Made by a program: the position numbers and the translations under genes. Source: Vermamoeba vermiformis (taxonomy: Eukaryota). From it: 64,000 nt of DNA. The stretch lies in the NCBI GenBank assembly GCA_045837725.1, contig JBEWZL010000251.1, forward strand, positions 1 to 64,000. The letters run 5' to 3'. Shown piece after piece: positions 35,334 through 53,619 of this stretch (positions are counted from its first letter, which is position 1; each line of letters starts with the position of its first letter). Below the pieces are notes generated by a model. That model was given only the letters and a program-made list of their open reading frames with translations, was not told the DNA's origin and ran no database searches.

Positions 35334-36482
35334 TTATTCTTTCAACAGCGGTTGTGCTTCAGTATGTACATCTTCGCTCTGGACATTAGCCCCATTCTTT
35401 TCAACGGCCTTTGTAATCGCGCGCTTGGCTATGACGGAAACAACTACAACTGTCTATAGGAAAGTTAGTATGTTCGAGCTCACCATCAGATCCTAATCGA
35501 ATTTGAAACGTACCACGATGATTACGACGCCCGATACTGCCCATATAATAATCTTAGTCGTCAAATTGGGGCCAACATTGCCCGCTGCAATCTCGCTCAA
35601 GTCCCCAGCTAGACTTCCGATGTAAATATACAAAGCTGTGCCCGGGATGATTCCACCAGCTGACGCCAAGAAATATTGCCAGAACTTAACCTAATTGCAG
35701 CAAGATCAGTATGCGCTTGGGACCTATAAACTAGTTGTGGTATCGTACCGAAGTTAGAGCTAGGCCATAGTTGAGTAAATTGAACGGAATGACGGGACTC
35801 AAACGCACTAATAGCACAATAATCCATCCTTTTTCAGCAATGGCCGTGTCCACTGCTTTGAATTTTGGATATTTTTCGACTGATTTTTCAACCCAACTGC
35901 GCATAATTGTGCGGCCCAATAAAAAGGCGATGGTCAAGCCTAAAAATATTTCAGTGACCAGCGTTGAATTAGAATAAGGGTTAGTACAAACCTATCGTTG
36001 CGCCAAGCCACACAGGGATAATACCCCAGAATTTAAATATAAAGCCAGCTCCTGAATCAAAGGGTCAGAACTTTCGAGATCCACGACCTATTTTGTTAAT
36101 CTCCGTACCTAAAGTTAAAATAGAGGCCGGCAAGAATAGCACCGTTGCTAGTATATATATTCCTACAAATACTACTGCACCCCAGAACGCTCGTGCTTGG
36201 ATCCAGTTCTGAAAAATATCGTTTAGCCTTCCAACACTTCAGCAATTGCTGATATAATTACCAATGCATCCAAGAATATTGTTTTGACTTGAGTTGGAAA
36301 TAATACGATCACCACAATGATAGCAGTAATAAACAAAATTAAAATCGCGAGACGAATCCACGTTCCAAGTGAAATACTCGCTAAACAACTTTTTCCACCT
36401 AAAAATAATAAAAATGAATATTTCGTAATTAATTCAACGCTTTTGAACCTTTTGGTGGTGAGCCGGTCTGATCTGATTTCAT
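35334..36482 (-). CDS. TVP38/TMEM64 (SNARE-associated, DedA/VTT) membrane protein
   Basis: FLPASILTL, GATIG..AFLLGR, IVLLVRLSPVIPFNLLNYGLALT, GIIPGTALYIYIG. Confidence 0.88.
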
Positions 36483-36662
36483 TTTTTACTTGTAACGCTG
36501 TACTTGCTTATACAATTTATACAAATATGTCCTTCATAACACAATGTACACTTGGCGTTTGGTGCGGAGTTAGTCGTGCTCCTCCGTGGCTAAAATCAAT
36601 TTTGATTGCAATTATTTCATTTTCATTTAAGAAGGCTCACAAGCACAAATAGAGCTGCTAAA

Positions 36663-38355
36663 ATGGTCGGATTTTTAAATTCTTTGATGAAAAAAAGAAT
36701 ACACTGGGTGGAGCTGCACGAGCTCCCTTGGTTCCCGAGCAAGCTCCGGATTTACTTGACAGGTACGGCGCAACGCCGAATGTTCCACTTGATCGATAGT
36801 AATCTTTCAGTAATTTGCCTTGCTAGATATGCTCGCAATGTTTTGGACTTTTGGATTCGTATCGAGCTTTCACGTCTTGCTGATGCCGTACTTAAAGGAA
36901 GCTATGAAGAAAATGGGTAAGCGAATGAATTATACGATACTGCGACAGTTAATACAATGCTTTGACGAGAACAATTGTTACTTCGACAAACGAATAATAT
37001 TGAAATTGCAAAATTATGAAAATCTTTTCAGTCTGTATGCCAGATTATATTTCGTTAACTTGCAGCTGTATATTAATATTCTACAATTATTTAATTGCCA
37101 CAATTATTTGAGGAAAAGTTTGCCGTACAAAAATGCGGCCTTTCGAATTGAAATTTTGGCTGATCCAAATTTCGATTGAGGCCAGATACTTTTCTACTGA
37201 ATGATACTCTGATCTTTTTCATCTGCATTGATAGTGCCCTTGTAGCTAATCAAATTATAACCACCTCATCAGGCACCAACGAGATTGTGGACTTGTGCTC
37301 AGGCACTGGCGGTCCGTTAATCAAAATTCAACACGACATGCACAAGTACGAACAATTCGACGTTAAAGTCACGCTGACCGATCTGTACCCACCGACTGCT
37401 GAGGTAACTTAACATTTTCGTCAATTTCGAAGCAATAATTCGAGCCTTATTATGAATGATATCACGTCAATATCGGTTGCGAACAAGTATTTAGATTAAT
37501 AATATTGTAGGTTCAAAAAGAAATCGCCGACAGATCCCATGGTACTGTACAATACTACAACGTAAGCACATAAAAAAAATAGCTAATAATACAGAGTGCC
37601 TTATAGCAGTATTATTAATCTTACCCGATATCTAGGCTCCGGTGGATGCAACAAACGTGCCGCAACAATTAAGCAACGGTTTCTCGACCATGTTTTGTTC
37701 CTTCCACCACATGACTGAAGGTGCAGCTGCGTCTATTTTACAAGGTAAAAAAATGGGTTGGCAATACTTTGTCCGTGCACATTTTGCAATTATTTTTTGT
37801 CCGTAGATCCGATCTAATCTCGCATTAATACTTGTTCAATTTAACAGATGCAGTAAATAAGAAGCGAGGCATTGGAATATTCGAGATGCAAGAACGGTCA
37901 TTATTTGCCATATTAATGATGCCTATTCTAATTCCGGGCACTTGGCTGCTTACATTAATGCTTCGCCCCATCAAACTCGACAGATTATTTTGGACTTACG
38001 TAATCCCTATAGTGCCACTTATGTTGCTGATTGACGGTAAGTCATTTTAAATCGAATTTCGTTCGCGTTAAGTAAGCCGGCACGAATTGAAATCGATGCA
38101 ATGCCTTAGCGGAAAATATCCATCGATTATTACTTAAGATCGGAGGTTAAGCGCCGAATGCCAGAATACTAATATGTAACTTTAGGAATTACTTCGTGCC
38201 TGCGCACTTATTCACCTGCCGAACTCGATGCCCTCATCCGCAACCTCAAAGGGTACGAGACCTACGACTGGGCCATTATTCAAAGAAGAAGGCTTGACAT
38301 CCCTCCTTTGCGAGCCACCATTTTAATAGGAACACCAAAGTCTAAACAGCATTAA
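36663..38355 (+). CDS. Class I SAM-dependent methyltransferase-like protein
   Basis: ELHELPWFP, IVDLCSGTGGP, VTLTDLYP, PVDATNVP, SFHH, IGIFE, TYVIPIVP..DGITSCLRTYS; 7 exons. Confidence 0.8.
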
Positions 38356-38870
38356 ATTGCGCGTGGATTTGGTTTTGTACCAGACATAAAATTTTGAAAA
38401 TCGAGCCAAATTTTCGAACTGATGATTATTAAGTAATTTCGCATAAACTCTTTCCATCTGCGCTTTAGTTGCCTCGTAGAGAGGTAGTTTTCGAAATTTA
38501 AATTTCTGAAAAAGGAAATTCGGCTCAAAAAATTCCGTTTGGTTAAATATCTTGTCAGGAACCAATTTCGCTACACCCTCAAGGGTATCATATTTTATCA
38601 TTCGCAAGAAATCGTCTGATTAAGAGGATTTTCAATTTATAACGATTTTTTTCGTAATTTATGAGGGAGAATTCAACAATGCTGCTTTATTAAAGTATAC
38701 AGATTTTTCCGCTTTAACTACAAAAGTCGGACGTAAAACGCGATCCAACGTCACGCTAAGATAGAAAGAGACTCGTTTCTTCGATTAATACTACACTATT
38801 TACATTTTTCTATTGTACAAAGTTTTCCGATGATATTACACACAAAATTTTGATGCCAGCCCTTCTTAGC

Positions 38871-40776
38871 TTAATAACTGATCTGCGAGTGCTCAAAGTT
38901 CAAGTTGAGGTTCAATGGTGGCCAGAAACTAGCTTGAGCATGGTGATCGATCTCGCTGGCTGGTTGCGTGAACGGGTGCGAATATGATACAGAGGATTGA
39001 TCTAAGGGAGGGTAGTGACCGTAATAGCCGTGCTCCATTGCGTGGCCATTCAAGTCGGGGTAGGATTCTTGGACGTAGTTGTAGGGATCGGGTTTGTAGA
39101 TGGCGGATGTAGGTTGTTGGTACTGTACATGATTGATGTAGTTGCTCATACAATGAGCGGCTTCACTCTTAAGCTTGGTTTCTACGACTTGTTGTGGTGA
39201 GTAGTCCCACGAGTTGCCGCGAGTGTCCATTCCAGAAGGGCTTCTGGATTCTTCAGCAGATGCTTCTTCCTTAGACTCGGAAAACCCGCTTGGATTCTCG
39301 GCAGGAATTACTGCTGACTCTCGAGGAGCGGGCAATTCAACCTCCAGGCTGGTGATCCATTGCTTGAGCTTTCGCTCCATTTTGTTCCATCCGGTTGGCT
39401 TGCTCTTGCTGTTCATGTAGCTGCTCATCGTCGTCGGAGACACCCCGATTTCGTTGGCAACAATTTTTTGATTTTTCTTGGTGGTGCGCATGACTTCTCT
39501 AAGCAAGGTAATCAAATTCTCGTCGGCTTGAGGGCGGATGGGCTCTTCGGTAAATTCCAAACAGTCCTTAAACTTCAGCTTAATGTTCTTTCTAGGTGGT
39601 TCTGGAACAGCCTCCTTATGACCGTTCATGGGAGTCGCGAAGCTGTAGTTCGAGAAGATGATTTTGTAGTCACGTGGGGAGTTTTCAGCGGACGAATGCG
39701 AATCAACTTCGCTGCTGTCCCGGCGGGGCGATTGCTCCGCATAGGAAGAAGAGAATATGCTTTCTTGTTCTCCATTTTCAAGCTTTCGTCTCTTGTTGGC
39801 TTGATTCTGGAAGGTAAAGGTTAGATTCGAATCAGATTCAGATTCATGAAAAGATAAAAAGGCTTACCTGAGCGGCCTTATCTTTCGTGCAATCATTGCA
39901 TATAATGATATCATTGACGCCAGGGAAGTGTTTGCCATAAGTATCGAGGGGTAGTACCACGCTCTTGGCTTGATCGAGATGGCTTCTAGACATTTAAAAA
40001 AATAATCTTTAGTGGTGTGCTCTTGCTCGATCAAGAAAATAATACTGAAAGAATTTTTGTTCTGACATGTGGTGGTGCGGTAGCCATTAAGTAATCAGAC
40101 CGGTCACTGAAATTTTGCAACGATTGATAAGGTAATTTGTTCCTTTTACGGAATTACTTGCGAAATCTGCGCAATGGATAATTTGTTCGAGTGCGCGGAA
40201 TAATATGGATAAGGGTAATAACGAGATAGCAATGGAATAGTATAGATTGTTATTACGTTGCTATTTGTAACTTACGGGCAGAATCTGCGTAGGCAAGCCA
40301 AACATTGAGACCCACACTTCTCGACGTACTCGATGACTGACAAGTGCACTGGAGATCTTTTGGTAGCATTTGTATTGCACATTGAGCACGAGTGAAGAGG
40401 GCAAACCCTTTAACATAAAGTTAGCAACTTCATCCCAAAGATCTCAAGATTCGGAGTTACAAAAAATCTTGTGTTCAACAGACTAAGAAATTACATGTCA
40501 AGATATCATACCAGTTCGATTCTGTAACTAATGCGCTTTCGGCTAGACATTGTTGATGGTATTGTTTGTCGCATCTAGTGCAAGACAAAAAACTCCGACC
40601 TTTTCTTGAGCAGACAAAGCATTTCGCCTGGAGAAATAGATGTCAATAAACTTCCCACCTGAAACGAATGATTAAGCGAAGACTAAAGCCACAATTCCAA
40701 TTTTTTAAAGTTTGACATGTGAGCTTTATCTTGAAGATTTACTTACCGCTTCGCAATCGGGTACCTTGGAACTCAT
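38871..40776 (-). CDS. PHD/Cys-His zinc-finger protein with an XRE-like helix-turn-helix
   Basis: Spliced exons give CFVC..CTRC..YHQQC..WVCPLHSCSMC..CLAC..FCPSH..CNDC, then QKIVANEIGVSPTTMSSYMN and a Q/P/Y-rich tail. Confidence 0.7.
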
Positions 40777-41639
40777 TATTTATATAAGTATAATAGCTTT
40801 GCGTTTGATCAAAGGCTAATTTGTCGCTGTTAAAGCCACGATCTGCGTCTTCACTTGTCCGACGATTGATGTAAAATGAACCGAAAAACAAAGTTTATTG
40901 CCAATAACGATGAGCACACAATTGGCACGTGATCATTAATTGTGAACGCACCTGAGTAAAATCTGTTAACCAATCCTGCACGATCCCGGATGGTGATTCC
41001 GGTGGAAATTTCGGTCGCGCACACAAGGGTATGCACACTGCGACAACCAAATTGTGAACCCTGGATCTGAGGTTGAATCGAGAGTAAGGGCAACGAGTAA
41101 TTAGACGCATTGCCGATACACATTGAATAACCTTGGCTCATCGTTCCGGATTCGATGCGAACAACACGAGCTTCAACGGATATAAAGGTTACCTTAACCG
41201 ATTCAAACCGAAGAGTTTCGCTGCCCTCCGGGTAAATTATACTTTCAAATACTTTCGCAATGACAAAAATCAATCATTATAAATGACGTTTGTTATGTCA
41301 GAAATTTTCCTGAGTTCCAGTCCAGCCTGTCAATCATCCAATTGATCAAGCGGCGAACTCATGCCCGCTGAGCTTCAATTACCCGAGGCCTAGCTTAAAC
41401 TCGAGGTAGGATTAGGACTACTATCAAAATAAGAATTGACCATTTCGAATTCCAATTTGCGTACTGGGCCATTCACAATTTATCGCCTTTGTCTACCGAT
41501 GAATCGCACCGCCAATAAGGACCATCAATCAAATTTTTTTCTTTTGGTTTGATATGAGACGCGTTCAGGATCGCAGTCGCGATCGGAAAAATCAACGTCA
41601 AATGTTAATGCGCGAAAATCCATCTCGAAGCGCATTTTA

Positions 41640-44600
41640 TTATTTCAACCTCGCAATTTGATCTCGTCTGAAATCAGAATCGGAAAAGAGAGCCTTGATC
41701 AGTTGCACTACTTCATATTTTTTGAAGTCGAGCATTTCGCTAGCGTTCCATTTCTCGACTATACTCACCAAACTCATCTCCAATAAGTCTGTAATGATAA
41801 TAAATTTGCTCCATCGTGGAATATAGGTAGTAGGTGAAGCGGATGGGACAGATGGGAGCTTGAAAAAAAGAACACAAAATAAATATCTTCATCATGACAA
41901 GTAAATTGAAGTCTGATAATGTATATACGTTGCAAACCGAAATATGAAACTTACCAGCAGATTCTCTAAGGGAAACAGCAGCTTGAAGAGCCTGTGCAGT
42001 TCGTGCGTCTCTTTTTCCGAGATGTCGGCCAGTTCTTCAACGAAGTAGACCACTTTTTCGATAACAAAGTCGATTAATGTCCCAACGGACTTATTGTACA
42101 TCTCGGACGGTAGGATATCCTGCCAAAGATCAAAAGGTTAAAGACAGATCGAATTTTCCAGCGTGGCCACAAATTTTTATCGTAACGTTTCGAAAATACT
42201 ACTTTCACAATAGTATACGATTTAACGTAAATTATAGTAACGTCAGATATGTAGCTGAGAAATTAAACGGCGAAAAACACAAAACGCCAAAACTCGAAAC
42301 CTAGGTCCACACGCGAGAGCGGCGTTAATTTTCCGTGCTTTTGGCATTAAACACTGGTATAATATTTGAGAACGCGAGTTACGCAACTTCCAGCAAGACA
42401 AAATAACACACTGAAGCTCGGATCTCGATAAACACTCGGTACACAAGTAAATCGGACTTACCTTCCAGACCTTCTGCAACAGATTAAGTTGGTGGAGTAT
42501 CTTCTTAAAGGCGAGTTCTACTTGAGCTGCTCGCGCCTCTTTGTGCGTGTCGGAAAGACCTTGCATAGAGTTGATGTGCTCGACAAGCATCTCACGTTGC
42601 TTGTTCTGCGGAAAAATCATTAGAACGGCTATTATATTAGTTGCGTGAATGAATTGAGCCCACCATTTGGATGTAGTAATAGTCCAAGCCGAGTTTTCGC
42701 AGATCCTGAGCTAAATCTACAAAACTGGCTTTTTTGTTAAGAGGGTCAGGCAATTTCGGTTTGTAGCGATGAGCTAACGTCATTAAATGATGCGCTAGGT
42801 ACATGCAGTCGTTATGGAACAGCAAGCCAAGCTGTGGGATGTTAACAAGGTTCGCACCCTGACATCCCATGCTCAAACTACGGAACATGTCGAACATATC
42901 TCGTGTTGCGCCATACAGATTATCAGCGCTTGTATAAAAGGTTAGTATTAATGTTTTCGATATTCAGAGCCTTCAAAGCTAGAAGGACGCATCCGAAAGG
43001 GTTAGATCGAGGACTGTCAAAATTAATTAATCTATGTAGATTCGGTAAAACGCACAGGAATTATAAACATAAAGGGAAATTGATCACTTGTGTAAATCTC
43101 AACAGAATCTGAGTACTAGGCAACTCGTCAATCGTAAACAAACTTACCACGCAGGCGTGGATTCGCACGCCTCTTGTAGGACAACATCTGCCAACTCAAT
43201 CTGCAGTATAAACTCCGTTAGTAATTTCATTTTTAATGACGGCCTTTCACTCAGCGAGCAATGTCTACAAAAATTGGCCCGGGTTTTTGGTATCATCCCG
43301 AGATGCATCTGGCGCGGCGACCGCGTAGAACATTTGAGAAGGTTTGCATGTTCTATAATGACGCACCGATATCTATTCTTGAGTGTCAATAACTTACCAA
43401 CTTGACGGCGGTGGTGGAAACTTGAACTTTCGGCAGAGCGAAGACAGATTCGTCCATAGAGGTTCCAGAAGATGAATTGGCTACGTACTCGCCCTCGATA
43501 GGACCTACGATATATGATGTAAATTAAAATAGCCATAAACAGTAAGGGCATATTGCAACACAATGTCCCGCTAGTAAACTTGATCCCACTTAGTTTCATG
43601 AAACTCAGGGCGGTATAACTAAAGGCACAAGTACTTCATGTAAAATAAGCATGATAGAGAGGCGGCGCTGTCAATCTCACCAATATCTCGAGCAGTCGTT
43701 GCAAAACTTTATCGACAAGCATTTGACGTGTAACGCAATAAAATTATCTAAATTGTTTACTTTAACCATTCACTTAATACTAAACTGTCCTCAACTAGTA
43801 TAAATCTTTGTTCTTTACAAAGTTGATCGTATATCAAACATCGTTACTCAGATTTTTAATCTCGCGTTTTTTCTGTCACAAATGGCGGATCGAGATAGTG
43901 GCAAGAAAGGGATATTTCCCTCTAAATCGATTGAATAAATCGAACACCTATTCAATAGTGGTCGAGGTGAACTCCGAAATAAAATTTTAGTGTGTAATTA
44001 TCTATCACACGACAGGTCGGTAAGCGAATTGATAGCAGGATGTGCTTTGTTTCAAGGAAAGATTCTACACAACAGATGATCCATAATAATTATAAAATAA
44101 TAAATTAAATAGCAACGTTGTAAGTGGCAGTAAGGATTACACGTGCGTAACAATTGCACGCGTGTTGTAACCATTAAAAAACGACAGTTAATCTTTGAAA
44201 AGCACGTTATAATCTAGCAACATCTTGATAATTTTGAAATCAATTCAGTCGAGCAAATTGAGCATAATATTGGACGAAAGAATGCAGATACGACCAACAA
44301 ATCTCTGTGACCTGCGCAAACAGCAGCACAGTGGCTCAGGATAATTTTTTTCAAATTTCAAAATTCAATAACATAACCGTTATTTGTAAAGTATACGATG
44401 AACGCAACACGAAATTGGTAATTAGCCGATGGATCTCAAATCTGAAATTTTCAAAAAGACAGCATTCGGCTTACCTTTCTCCGTACTGAATTGTACCGTT
44501 GTGGTATTGTGATCTGCGTGTATAATAATTTCTCGTGCCTCTGCCAAAATTCCTCTACGCTTCTTTTTTGCAAAGTGTCGATCGACTTGCTTGGCGAACT

Positions 44601-47286
44601 GGGAAAGAACTCGCGGATCGCTAGGCGAGCTGAAACCTACCAAAAAACTATTACTAAAACTACGTCTTGCGCAAGCAATAGTGAAATGCAAATGCACATT
44701 GGAGATAACTCCATGCAACGTTAAAAAATTCTCCTCGTAGCAAGAATTAAAGAATGGGTGGGCAGCAGTGGGAAAGTACCCCAATCAATCGAATAAAAAT
44801 AGACCTATCAATCAATTCATACCTAGCGCATCCAGATCTTCTTCAAACTTGACTGTTTTGTCGATCACAGCCAAGTACTCCACGAGCTCGTTGCTATGTT
44901 CAGGGATCATCTTGGTCATGAAATTTTTGAGAATTTGATCGAATAAATCAGGCAGTACTCGACGTCCAAAGGCATGTAACTGCTCATTCGTTGCTGGCTC
45001 AAGTCGTGGATAGATTTCGTTTTTCAAAAATGTCACGACGGATAGCAAAGTCGTGAATAGCTTTTCTGTTACATATAAAGCGTTAGTAAGACAACCAATA
45101 TGCTGATGAATAAGAATAAAAAACTCCGCTGTTAATGAACCGTTAAAATTTTAAGTCGGTCCAAAGTCTACCCGAAGGGGCGTGACAGTAGAATACTTTT
45201 TCGGTATGACTATTACATGTAAAGTACATAACGATGTTCGAGCGGCGAGTAAGTCTTCACCGTTCAATAAATCGACCCGGATCCTCTAACGGAAGTACAC
45301 CGATTCTAATAATACAGCGGCCATTAATAGGCTTGTGAGTGGAGGAAAATCTCACACGCACGAGGTTATATTAATCTAAATTTAACTTGCTTGGGAAGTG
45401 TGGCCCTTATATCACAAATTGAATTAACTTAATATATTGATAAAGATTTGTGACCCGTCGGAGGCTTGCTGCAATACGATGGAAAAGAGCTGCCACGATT
45501 GTATTCTAGTAATAATATATTTCTCCCGGTCGATGCAAATTTCGCGGTGCGATGCCGCTGTTTGGCTTTTTTTTAGTATGTCCAATTTTGGAAAATTCGT
45601 TGTTTCATCTCTAAATTTAGTGCCAACTTGCCGTAAACAATTAATGTAAAGCATACGGCGCGTATATTATTTAATACCGCTTGGTTGTCTATATATGAGA
45701 AACTAACTAACGTCATTCTTGTTCAGGAGCGAACTTATAATTTTCGATTGGTATTAATTAACCCTTTTAAATTTAGTATCGGCAATTGTTGACATATCAA
45801 ATGTGTGTCATCAAATGTTGGCTAGTACCCGATTACGATTTAAAATTTTAGTGGATTGCTTACCAGTCTGTTGGATGTGCTCCGATACTTTTGTTGACAT
45901 AAGTTTCCGATCTTTGTAAGAAGTACTATGTCGCTTAGTTGTAGTCGGTGCTTTGCCTTGTTCGACTTCTATAACAATCCGTGTGTTTTCAATGACGACA
46001 CATTTGACTGACGAATTTGGATGCAGCGTAACCTCGCGTAAAATGGCGTTGATAAGTTTGAATAGATGTAATGACTTGTCTTCCCAAATATTCAAGTCTT
46101 TTAAAGTCGCCACGACTTGTTCTAAGACCAAACCTGCACAAGTGTTAGATCAGATCTTTTAACGAACAACGTTCGTTCCTCTGGGTTATCTCCCAGTCTG
46201 AATCAATCCCACTCGTTAAGAAATATCTCGAGCGGGGATTGTTGCTTTGACTTACCGTCGTGCACCAGCGAGATTGTAAGTTGATTTTCTTTCTTTACCA
46301 ACATCTGACTGAAGCACTCATCCGCTTTGACTTTTAACAAAGAGAACTTGTTTTGCGATTGTGCCTATATAATAGCGTTAACAGCTTGCACGACGTAACG
46401 TAGCAACGAACAGAACGGAATTCAAGTTCAGAGTCAATTTCAACGCATCCTGCTTGTTTGCCATGAATTCTGTAACTTACTCGTAGTTTCTCCAATATAA
46501 TGGGCATTGAGTCTGATTCAAATTGGTACTCTTTAACGATTGACGAGAGCGTATTATCCTGTTTGAAAAAAGATCCGCTTAGCCAATAGAATTTCGACGA
46601 GTTGTTACGTACCATCTCATGATACATATGCGCAGCCTTATCTATATTCTTGCTAGCAAGGTACTTATCGAAGTTATCCAAGTTCTGCTTGATCTACAAA
46701 GAAATACCGATCAGACCCAACCTTCGCAGCAAATCCACAGCTTATGAGCTTACTGATTTTAGTTTGGCTAATAATGTTATCAATCCATTTTTCTTATTTA
46801 TGCCCTCTTGTAATGCTGCTTTCTTTTGCAGGACCTCTACAACAGTCGCATCTAATCCGTCCTACAAAATGATCCAAAATTATTATAAAATATTTTTCCA
46901 ATATTACCAAGCACATTGCTTACCGTTTTATCATTTACGCGATCATTGACGCGTTGGAAATCGACATCTAATTTTGAAATCGATTTTTCGGCACTGGATG
47001 GGAATCTTAAGCCACCAAAAAATTCTTCTGAGTTCTCGTTGATAGTATTATATAAATCCAGCTAATAAAATTATTAATAAAATGTCGACGTGGACAATTG
47101 CGTTTTCGAAAAATATTTTTAATATTCGTATTATCTCCTGTAACATTATCACGATGAATTTTGCGCCTAAATTACCTTATATTGAGTAATAGAAGCTGCT
47201 ATATTTTTTGCATAAAGTTGCAAGCGATCTGGACTGTCCTCGCCAGCTGAATTCAAAATAGTCGCTAAATCCACTTGCTCGCTCAT
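41640..47286 (-). CDS. ZW10: Centromere/kinetochore and ER-tethering protein ZW10
   Basis: HFAKKKRRGILAEAREII, IPQLGLLFHNDCMYLAHHL, SFVDL, ADISEKETHEL, EVVQLIKALFSDS. Confidence 0.88.
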
Positions 47287-47432
47287 TTCATTCACTTGAC
47301 TCTTGTTATATATACAATATTTACATCACACAATAATTTTTTCGCCTCGGATCAAATTTTAGAGACGTTGGGCCCGCACATAAGATTTTTATTCGTTCCT
47401 GATCAGCACCAAACACAACACGACTGCTTCAA

Positions 47433-49704
47433 ATGTTCAATATATTTTCTAAAGGCGAGGAATATCTCGATTTTCCGTCTGTGAAGGCAATAAGACAAGC
47501 CAAACAAGACGGGGTTAAAGTCCTCACTTACAGCGGCAAAGGAGACGTTGGCTGCGTTAAATCTCCGATAGCATGGACTCCTGGAACCACCACTCAGTTT
47601 TATTTCGGTAATTAGCCAGTGCTCTGATGCAAATACAATTAAATTGAAATAATATTAATTTTAAGTAATTTTATCTGGTCTTTACTCGTTGGATCTAAGT
47701 CGATATTACTAGTAAATCTAATTAAAATTAAAGAGGTGACGGTAGCCAATCCGGGAGAAAAAGGCACGATAGCCATTGGTTTGTCACAAAATGAGAGCGA
47801 TCCAGCTAACCAGCAGCCGGGCTGGACTAGAGGTACTTCCCATATGCATATTAGAATACTTATGATGAGGATGCGACATACTGAAAAGAAATAACAAACT
47901 AAAATCGGTTTTTGGGATCTAGGTACTTTCGCGTATCACGCTGATGATGGTATAGCGTTTTGCAACGACACATTGTCGATTTCGTCATTTGGTCCAGCGT
48001 GGAATATAACACAAGCAGTCGTTGGCTGCGGCGTCGATTTTAGTGCAGGTAAAAATGAATTGAAAGTACACTCCTCGCAAGAGTCCCTTTCTCACCCCAA
48101 TTCTATGCCCACAGAAATGATTTTTTTCATCTTCCCTAATGGCACGAGAAAGACATTGCCCACGTACAATTTGAAAGAATTTCCGACAAAATTGTACCCA
48201 ATGATTGGCCTGCACAGCGCCAACGAAAGCGTCGTGGTCAATTTCGGTCAAAAACTGCCTTTCAAACACGACCCCTTCGGAGTAAGTCACCCACATAGCC
48301 ATATTGCAATTATGTATTAATAGGCAATAATTGTGTCTCAGAGTAAGCACGGAAGAGTGCCGATGACGTTCAAAATACCTCCGAAGTTTCACGCGGATGT
48401 GAGCGCCAATACACTCACAGTGAGCTGCACACGCAAGAGTACGCTACAGGCCGACACCTTCTTTCCTAATTTGGCTCATGTGAAGCCGTACTTTGAAGTA
48501 ACTATTCTGTCCAAGAAGCGTAAGTCACCCGATCACGCACCTTGAATTTGACCTTACTCGTCTCGTTGCGAAGATTAACTTGTGTGCAAGCCTCTATCGG
48601 CCTTTAATTACGTTAGTCAATGCTTGTGTGACGTTTGAATTGCTTACCTGTTGTGCGATTAAGTACCACCCACACACACTAGGTCTAACAACCCTTCAGA
48701 GAATGACACGCTGTCTATTGGTTTCACCGATCAACTGTGCGACTCAACACAGCTCGTGGGCATGATGCAGAATTCATTCGGGTGGCAGAACAACGGCAAA
48801 GTTGGCTGGAACATGACCGTCGATAACGTGGTGGACTCGTTCGGTCAAGGCGACACGATTGGCTGCGGCCTGGCACACAACTCGTTCAATCAACGCAAAG
48901 TGTTTCTAACGCTGAATGGCGAGTTTCTGGGATTCATTAACAAGATAGTAGCGACCGGCATGGATTGTTTCCCATCGCTTGGATTCCTCGGGGAAAATAT
49001 CCGCGTTCGATTCAATTTCGGTGACTGCGATTTCAAGTGGAATATTCAAACCTGGCCCAAACACCAGAAGATTTGTTACATGGACTCGTTGCCTAACGAA
49101 GCCTTGCAAATGATTGTTGAGGTGAGACACACTAGCTACGGTATTTGAAGTCTAACCTTTTGCAGTACGCAGCACATAACTACGCATTCACAGCCATCAA
49201 TTTGAGCGTTGTCAGCAAAAAGCTTGAGGTGGCATCGAAGAGCAACCAAATATGGAAGAGAATTTATTACAAGAACTACCCGGAACAGAATCCCAATTTG
49301 AAGATCAAAGACTGGTACAAGTTCTTCAAGGCCAGGTTCAGCGCCATAAAAAAACATCGCGATGCACATCCCATCGGTAAGATAAAGCCTCATGTCATAT
49401 TCCACAGCATACTGTGCAATGACGGTTGTTAATGTTTATCCTGGTCAGAGGGCTGTGATTTTGGTTACAAGTGCCCGTTAGTGCTCGAAGAACTGGGCAC
49501 GAGCAAAGAAAAGATGCTGTGCTTTAAGTGCAACAAAGACGTGTACGTCGTGAACTCGCGAGAACAGTTGAAACAGTACGTCGAGTTGGGCCGTTGTGTG
49601 TCGTTCAAAGTTGAGGTAAGGAGCAACAGCTGTTTAAAGACTTGCACAACTAACTTAAAGATTAGCCGGACCGAAGACTATACGAAAGAGGACAAGTTAT
49701 CTAA
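47433..49704 (+). CDS. Tandem SPRY + F-box-like + C-terminal Cys-motif protein
   Basis: SPRY motifs QPGW..FAYHADDG, VVGCG, LYPMIG..VNFG and FGQGDTIGCG..FLTLNG..FPSLG..FNFG; MDSLPNE..VSKK..IWK (F-box-like); CPL..CFKC..C. Confidence 0.75.
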
Positions 49705-49818
49705 TAGACCTGAACTCGTGGAAGAGATAAAAAAGTATGTAGAGTGTTGTAACTATGTTAAATTTTAATGTTCGTACGAACCAGCCTGCTTAACAGAATT
49801 ACATAACTTTACTATCAT

Positions 49819-53294
<3,476 letters not shown>

Positions 53295-53619
53295 TGCGTA
53301 AAACTAATGCTCCCTGTGAGTACGATCGTTGTGATTATGATAGTGGTGAAAAATAATTCAATAAAGTCATGACAAACGTTGTGACCGCGAGATTTTATTC
53401 AGCTAACGGATAGGACATTTTTGGATTAGCTGAAAGGAAACATAGAAAGTGGAATTACAGCGAATGCATCTTTACTTGCTCCTAAACATGAATACAGCGG
53501 CCAATTGCGTCTCCAAATTTTCCTCAAGCTTGTTGAGCTTTTCTAGATCTGCTCTGCTCGATCTTCGCTCGTTTCAACTCTTCAATCGGTTGAAACAAGT
53601 AAAGACCTTAATTGGGTTC

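Noticed and set aside
40851-41273. 140-aa minus-strand ORF upstream of the PHD-HTH gene
   Set aside because: Non-ATG start and no recognisable motif; likely promoter or UTR sequence.
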